From Candidatus Latescibacterota bacterium (GTDB lineage: Bacteria; Latescibacterota; CBDEFO01): a DNA stretch of 64,000 nucleotides. The position numbers and the translations under genes are program-made. How positions within the stretch are numbered: position 1 is the first letter of the stretch; each line of letters starts with the position of its first letter. Positions 60,085 through 64,000 of this stretch are shown here, one piece after another. The notes beneath the pieces were generated by a model. It was not told the origin of the DNA. It made no database searches and saw only the letters and a list, made by a program, of their open reading frames with translations. The DNA is taken from positions 143,607 through 207,606 of the forward strand of contig CBDEFO010000008.1 in the NCBI GenBank assembly GCA_965237525.1. The letters run 5' to 3'.

Positions 60085-63060
60085 ATGAAGAAGATATTCC
60101 CGATATTCATGGTGCTGGGATTTGTGCTTTTTGCCGCTTCGATGAGTTCTGCTCACCTCGGCGCCGACCGTTTCGCTGTCCAGGTGCCCAATGGGACGGA
60201 TATGGCGGGGATCTACCAGAACTTTGTAGCGGATGGTGACGACAGCGAGTGGGAGATGATTCCCCCTACGTTCTGGTGGACACACGAGGATGCGTTTCAG
60301 CTCTGGGAAGGGTCAGAGTTAATAGACGCCTCCGACCTAGCCTTGCGTGTTATTTTAGGATGGAATGAGGCTACCAACCATGTAATCTGGTTTGAGGATA
60401 GATATGACGATGTCTATGTCGGTTGGGTAGCTGACTTCATTCAGGAGACTGTTGAGCTTGGCATCGATGGGGACCACAGCGGAGGACGGTACATGCAAAT
60501 GAACCTGGACGACCTGGATTCGAACAGGTTCGACGCCGCTTTTGCACAGAATTGGCGCTATTTTGTGATCCGAGAGAATCCGGTCTGGCTGTGGGGAGCA
60601 GCTACGTGGGTAAACGTGGCTCCTTATTCCGACTTCGGCTGGAGCTTCGACGGCAACCTGGGTGACCCGGGCAACCTGATTGCTGAGATGGCCGTGACTC
60701 CGTTTGACGATCTGGATCCTGCAGGTATACAGACCAGTATAGTACACGACCTTACAGCGGGCGAAGTCATCGGAGTAGGCATTAACGTTCAGGACGTCGA
60801 CATGATTGGGAGCATCAACGATCCCAACCAACAAGGTGGCGTCCAACAGACTAACGGTGGCTACTATACCAGCGGAGGCGAGCAGGTCGGCAAATTTGCG
60901 GATACCTTCCTTGACGTCACTCTACTTCCTTTTGATCCGTCAATATGGGTACGCGTGGACGGTCTTCCTCCAATGGGTACAATCTCAGTCAGTCTCCCGC
61001 ACACATCTATCCCTATGGGCGGTACGCTTTCAGCCCCTATCCTTATGGAAGGGGATGTGACAGGGCGTGGAATCATATCAGTGCAGATGAATATCAGCTA
61101 CGATTCAAATGTAATAGAGGCAATAGATCTAATATCGCAAGGGACACTGAGCCAAGGTTGGACGATTGCTGACACAGTCGCGACTGGAATTGGAACATCT
61201 ATAGACACTGTAAAGGTTGCGATGGCGGCTCCGGGGCCCGACACACTATCAGGGTCTGGAGATCTTGTCCTTATCAATTTTGTAACATCAGATTTGGCAG
61301 CTATTGGAGATTCCACAGCGTTAGTCTTTGAAGATTTCTTCTTCAATGAGCGCGATCCTGTGGCAGCTACACGTAATGGATCTGTGCAAATTTTTGGGCC
61401 AACTGTAGCCGGTGTATCCGTTTCCAGAGCTCTCGTTCCAGTGGGCCATCCTGTCGTGATCTTCGCTGACGTTACCAATGCAGATTCCGTGGAAGTCAGG
61501 GTGTGGGATCCGAACGATATGACCTTTGCTCCTGTGCATTTGACGCTCTTCGATGACGGGGCACACAACGACGGGCTTGCCGGAGATAGACGCTGGGCAA
61601 GCGACCCCTGGCTTACTCCCGCTGATCACCCCCGGTTTTTCTATGTGGACATCTTGGCAAGGAGCAACCTGGGAGCAGAGAGCCGTATAGATAGCGTCGC
61701 CTCGTTCGAGACAGCAATCTTCGTGACCCTGGGAGCGGGTGAAGAAGTCGCAGGTCCCGGAGGACAGGCTTTAGTTCCTATCTTTGCTCGTAGTCTGAAT
61801 GGCGCAGACGTGGTATCGGGCGAGGTAACGCTCCGCTTCGATCCAAATCTTGTGCAGTTTATACGAGCATTTCCGGGACCAGGACAGAGCTTTCCCAGTG
61901 GTTTTGTCTTTAACTCTGCTGAACCTGGAAGAGCCGTAATAGCCTTCGCCTCGATAGCTCCACTTTTTGATACTCCAGAAGGTATCCTGGCATTTGCGGT
62001 ATTTCAGGTATCCCCCGGTGCATTGTTAGGCTCAAGGATAGATATATTTGTGCCAGAAGATCAATCAAATGTAAATGAAGGGCTTCCCCCTGTGACTACG
62101 TTCGACGGCGGCATCACAGTAGAGCTTGTAGGCGATATCAGCAGAAACGGTCAGATTAAGTCGTTCGATGCTGCTTTAGCGCTGATGCATTCGGTCAGGT
62201 TCAGGGACATACTAGTCGAGTTTTTCGGCGGCGACGAAAGCTTATTCCTGGCGATCTCGGATGTGACGCGCAACGGGAGCGTGACAGCTATGGACGCCGT
62301 CCGGATCCTACAATTTGTAGTTGAGTTGATCCCAGGACTACCGTTACTCGGATCCGATGGCCTTGCGAAGGTCACAGATGCCGAACCTCGCACAGTCAGC
62401 ATGTCAGATGCCTTGGAAATATTCGAAGGGGGCTTAAAGGTGTCCCTTTCCATAGACGATATGTCAGGAGTTCTTGGAGCGGATATATCCATAAGCTACG
62501 ACTCATCGAGGTTGAAGGCAGTGAGTGTGTCTCCCTCAGATATGCTGTCGTCCTTTATGTTCCAGAGCAACATTAAGGGAGACGAGGTTAAGATAGCCTT
62601 TGCTTCTATTGATCCAGTGGAAAGCGGTGGAGAGATAGCCTACATCGAGTTTGAGATCATCCGCGGTGTGAGCGACTACTCTGAGGTTGAACTGTTAAGG
62701 ATTAAGGACGTCCAGCTTAACGAGGGGCTAATTCTTGCCATAACCGGGGAGACAGAGCTGTCCTTAGAATCCTCTATTCCCGAGACTTACTCCCTCTCCC
62801 AGAACTATCCCAATCCCTTCAACCCTGAGACAGTGATCCATTACGACCTTCCCGTTCGAAGCCACGTTAATATATCTGTCTACAATATGATGGGACAGAA
62901 GGTTGCAATATTGGTTGACAGAGAGGTGGACGCAGGTAGTCACTCTGTCGTATGGGATGGCAAAGATTACAATGGAGAAAGCCCCGCCAGCGGGATCTAT
63001 GTGGTTCGGATGGCGGCGGATGGGTTTGTGAACACGAGGAAACTTGTCTTGATGAAATAA
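60085..63060 (+). CDS. secreted scaffold-like protein: CBM9/DOMON-like N-terminal domain, cohesin, dockerin, second cohesin, T9SS C-terminal sorting domain
   Basis: Signal peptide. Cohesin-like segments around 61000-61330 and 62400-62700. Dockerin VGDISRNGQIKSFDAALALM...ISDVTRNGSVTAMDAVRILQFVV. C-terminus LSQNYPNPFNPETVIHYDLP...NTRKLVLMK. Confidence 0.7.
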   Translation: MKKIFPIFMVLGFVLFAASMSSAHLGADRFAVQVPNGTDMAGIYQNFVADGDDSEWEMIPPTFWWTHEDAFQLWEGSELIDASDLALRVILGWNEATNHVIWFEDRYDDVYVGWVADFIQETVELGIDGDHSGGRYMQMNLDDLDSNRFDAAFAQNWRYFVIRENPVWLWGAATWVNVAPYSDFGWSFDGNLGDPGNLIAEMAVTPFDDLDPAGIQTSIVHDLTAGEVIGVGINVQDVDMIGSINDPNQQGGVQQTNGGYYTSGGEQVGKFADTFLDVTLLPFDPSIWVRVDGLPPMGTISVSLPHTSIPMGGTLSAPILMEGDVTGRGIISVQMNISYDSNVIEAIDLISQGTLSQGWTIADTVATGIGTSIDTVKVAMAAPGPDTLSGSGDLVLINFVTSDLAAIGDSTALVFEDFFFNERDPVAATRNGSVQIFGPTVAGVSVSRALVPVGHPVVIFADVTNADSVEVRVWDPNDMTFAPVHLTLFDDGAHNDGLAGDRRWASDPWLTPADHPRFFYVDILARSNLGAESRIDSVASFETAIFVTLGAGEEVAGPGGQALVPIFARSLNGADVVSGEVTLRFDPNLVQFIRAFPGPGQSFPSGFVFNSAEPGRAVIAFASIAPLFDTPEGILAFAVFQVSPGALLGSRIDIFVPEDQSNVNEGLPPVTTFDGGITVELVGDISRNGQIKSFDAALALMHSVRFRDILVEFFGGDESLFLAISDVTRNGSVTAMDAVRILQFVVELIPGLPLLGSDGLAKVTDAEPRTVSMSDALEIFEGGLKVSLSIDDMSGVLGADISISYDSSRLKAVSVSPSDMLSSFMFQSNIKGDEVKIAFASIDPVESGGEIAYIEFEIIRGVSDYSEVELLRIKDVQLNEGLILAITGETELSLESSIPETYSLSQNYPNPFNPETVIHYDLPVRSHVNISVYNMMGQKVAILVDREVDAGSHSVVWDGKDYNGESPASGIYVVRMAADGFVNTRKLVLMK

Positions 63061-63199
63061 GCTTCTTTATTTATTTACAACCGTCTTTAGCCCGCAGATG
63101 AGGAGGTGACACAAATTCACCCAGGTTTGGGTACTACAACGCAGCAATATAGGTAATTGCGCATGCATTTCCGTTAATCACTCTCAATGAAAGGATAGC
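63061..63199. repeat. duplicated upstream region (about 140 bp), about 93% identical to 59943-60084
   Basis: GCTTCTTTATTTATTT.CAACCGTCTTTAGCC.GCAGATGAGGAGGTGACACAAATTCACCC.GGTTTGGGTACTACAACGCAGCAATATAGGTAATTGC... in both; each precedes a paralogous MKKIF... gene. Confidence 0.8.
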
Positions 63200-63554
63200 A
63201 TGATGAAGAAGATATTTTCGGTATTCATGGCTCTGGGATTTGTCGTTTTTGGCGTTTCGATGGGATCCGCTCACCTGAGGTTAGATCAGACCTTTGTCGC
63301 TCCCATGCTTCCCATTGATGGGACTCCGGGGATGCCACCTAATTTCCCTGTGAGGGTTGTACTAGACGGTGATGGGTCCGAGTGGGATATGCTTCCTCGA
63401 CAGTACTATTTAACGCACGATGATCTGAAAGAGGTCATCAAAGGGGGGTTTCCTGAGCCGAACCCCTCCAGCCTCGCCGTGAAGGTAGTCTGGGGATGGA
63501 GCCCGGTGACCAACTTGCTCTATGTGATAGAGGAGAGATTTGACGACCGCTCTA
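63200..63554 (+). pseudogene. 5' part of a paralog of the 60085 cohesin/dockerin protein, truncated by insertion of IS copy 4
   Basis: ORF 63200-63577: MMKKIFSVFMALGFVVFGVSMGSAHL...DGDGSEWDM... parallels the 60085 N-terminus; last 8 codons (SKSLVKNP*) are encoded by the IS left end. Confidence 0.75.
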
Positions 63555-64000
63555 AAAGCCTTGTGAAAAACCCTTAGATTCAGAAAGTAGTATAAAACAA
63601 GCATTGATAAAGCAGCTCCGATGTATTATATTATGTTATTGATAATATTATACATGGAGGAAACAATGACCCCACAAAAGCAGGAACAGACAAATCCGAT
63701 GTTTCATTATTTTCAGATGGAGGATTTAGTTCCCGAGGATCATATCCTTCGTCAGATTGATGAGGCAGTTGATTTTTCATTTGTACGAGACGTTGTATCA
63801 GATTGTTATTGCCCTGACAATGGCAGACCCGGTATTGATCCTGAATTAGTTGTTCGAATGATCCTTATTGGCTATCTGTATAATTTGAGTGAGAATCGGC
63901 TCTGTCAGGAAGTGGGGATGCATGCGGCATATCGGTTGTTTTGTCATCAGACATTTGATGATGCGGTTCCGGATAGGAGCACGATCAACAAGCTTCGCAA
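63555..64000 (+). mobile_element. IS5/IS1182-superfamily insertion sequence, copy 4 (5' part; runs off the window)
   Basis: Identical to 12197-12650 of copy 2 except rare substitutions; preceded by CTAA. Confidence 0.85.
63666..64000 (+). CDS. DDE transposase, N-terminal part (partial at window edge)
   Basis: MTPQKQEQTNPMFHYFQMEDLVPEDHILRQIDEAVDFSFV... identical to copy 2. Confidence 0.85.
   Translation, partial: MTPQKQEQTNPMFHYFQMEDLVPEDHILRQIDEAVDFSFVRDVVSDCYCPDNGRPGIDPELVVRMILIGYLYNLSENRLCQEVGMHAAYRLFCHQTFDDAVPDRSTINKLR

Overview
Bacterial chromosomal segment of roughly 50% GC, apparently from a lineage with a type IX secretion system: four large surface proteins end in the Por-type C-terminal sorting domain, yet promoters are canonical sigma70-like. 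Main content: (i) four copies of one IS5/IS1182-superfamily insertion sequence (1-987 partial; 12197-13715; 49062-50589 on the minus strand; 63555-end partial). One copy abuts an rve-type IS, one interrupts a TauE/SafE permease gene, one truncates a cohesin-protein paralog, and one carries a single nonsense mutation in its transposase. (ii) A minus-strand block of hydantoinase B, hydantoinase A continuing in frame into a SAM-methyltransferase domain, and an O-methyltransferase, followed by an Rrf2 regulator, aldo/keto reductases, a clan GH-A glycosidase with an in-frame TAG, an isochorismatase-family amidohydrolase and a monomeric sarcosine oxidase. Together these look like pieces of a creatinine/N-methylhydantoin to sarcosine to glycine route. 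(iii) A class III aminotransferase, an FAD amine oxidase, an HD hydrolase and an MFS transporter, followed by the most unusual region of the window (26.7-41.0 kb). This is a head-to-tail array of five cassettes, each made of an MFS transporter 5' end, a conserved roughly 390 bp divergent promoter/leader, a TPR protein built from 126 bp kinesin-light-chain-type repeats, and a DmpA/BapA-like S58 peptidase. The array is in progressive decay: only the first MFS, some TPR genes and the last DmpA are intact. Every leader carries the same structured module, a REP-like GATTCAATCGGGG element plus two related 8-6-8 palindromes with half-site GGGCRRAC, and this module also sits upstream of an unrelated secreted thioredoxin-fold gene. 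(iv) Housekeeping genes (2-hydroxyacid dehydrogenase, TenA, FMN reductase, histidine phosphatase, TatC, NUDIX, threonine aldolase) and an RCK-gated channel with a non-canonical filter. (v) A cluster of giant secreted proteins (19271-22294 and 50647-63577) combining FN3-like, Ig/IPT, lamin-tail, cohesin and dockerin modules with T9SS sorting domains. This suggests a cohesin-dockerin surface assembly exported by T9SS. Several short intergenic repeat families (GATTCAATCGGGG, AGTAGACAG) are scattered throughout.
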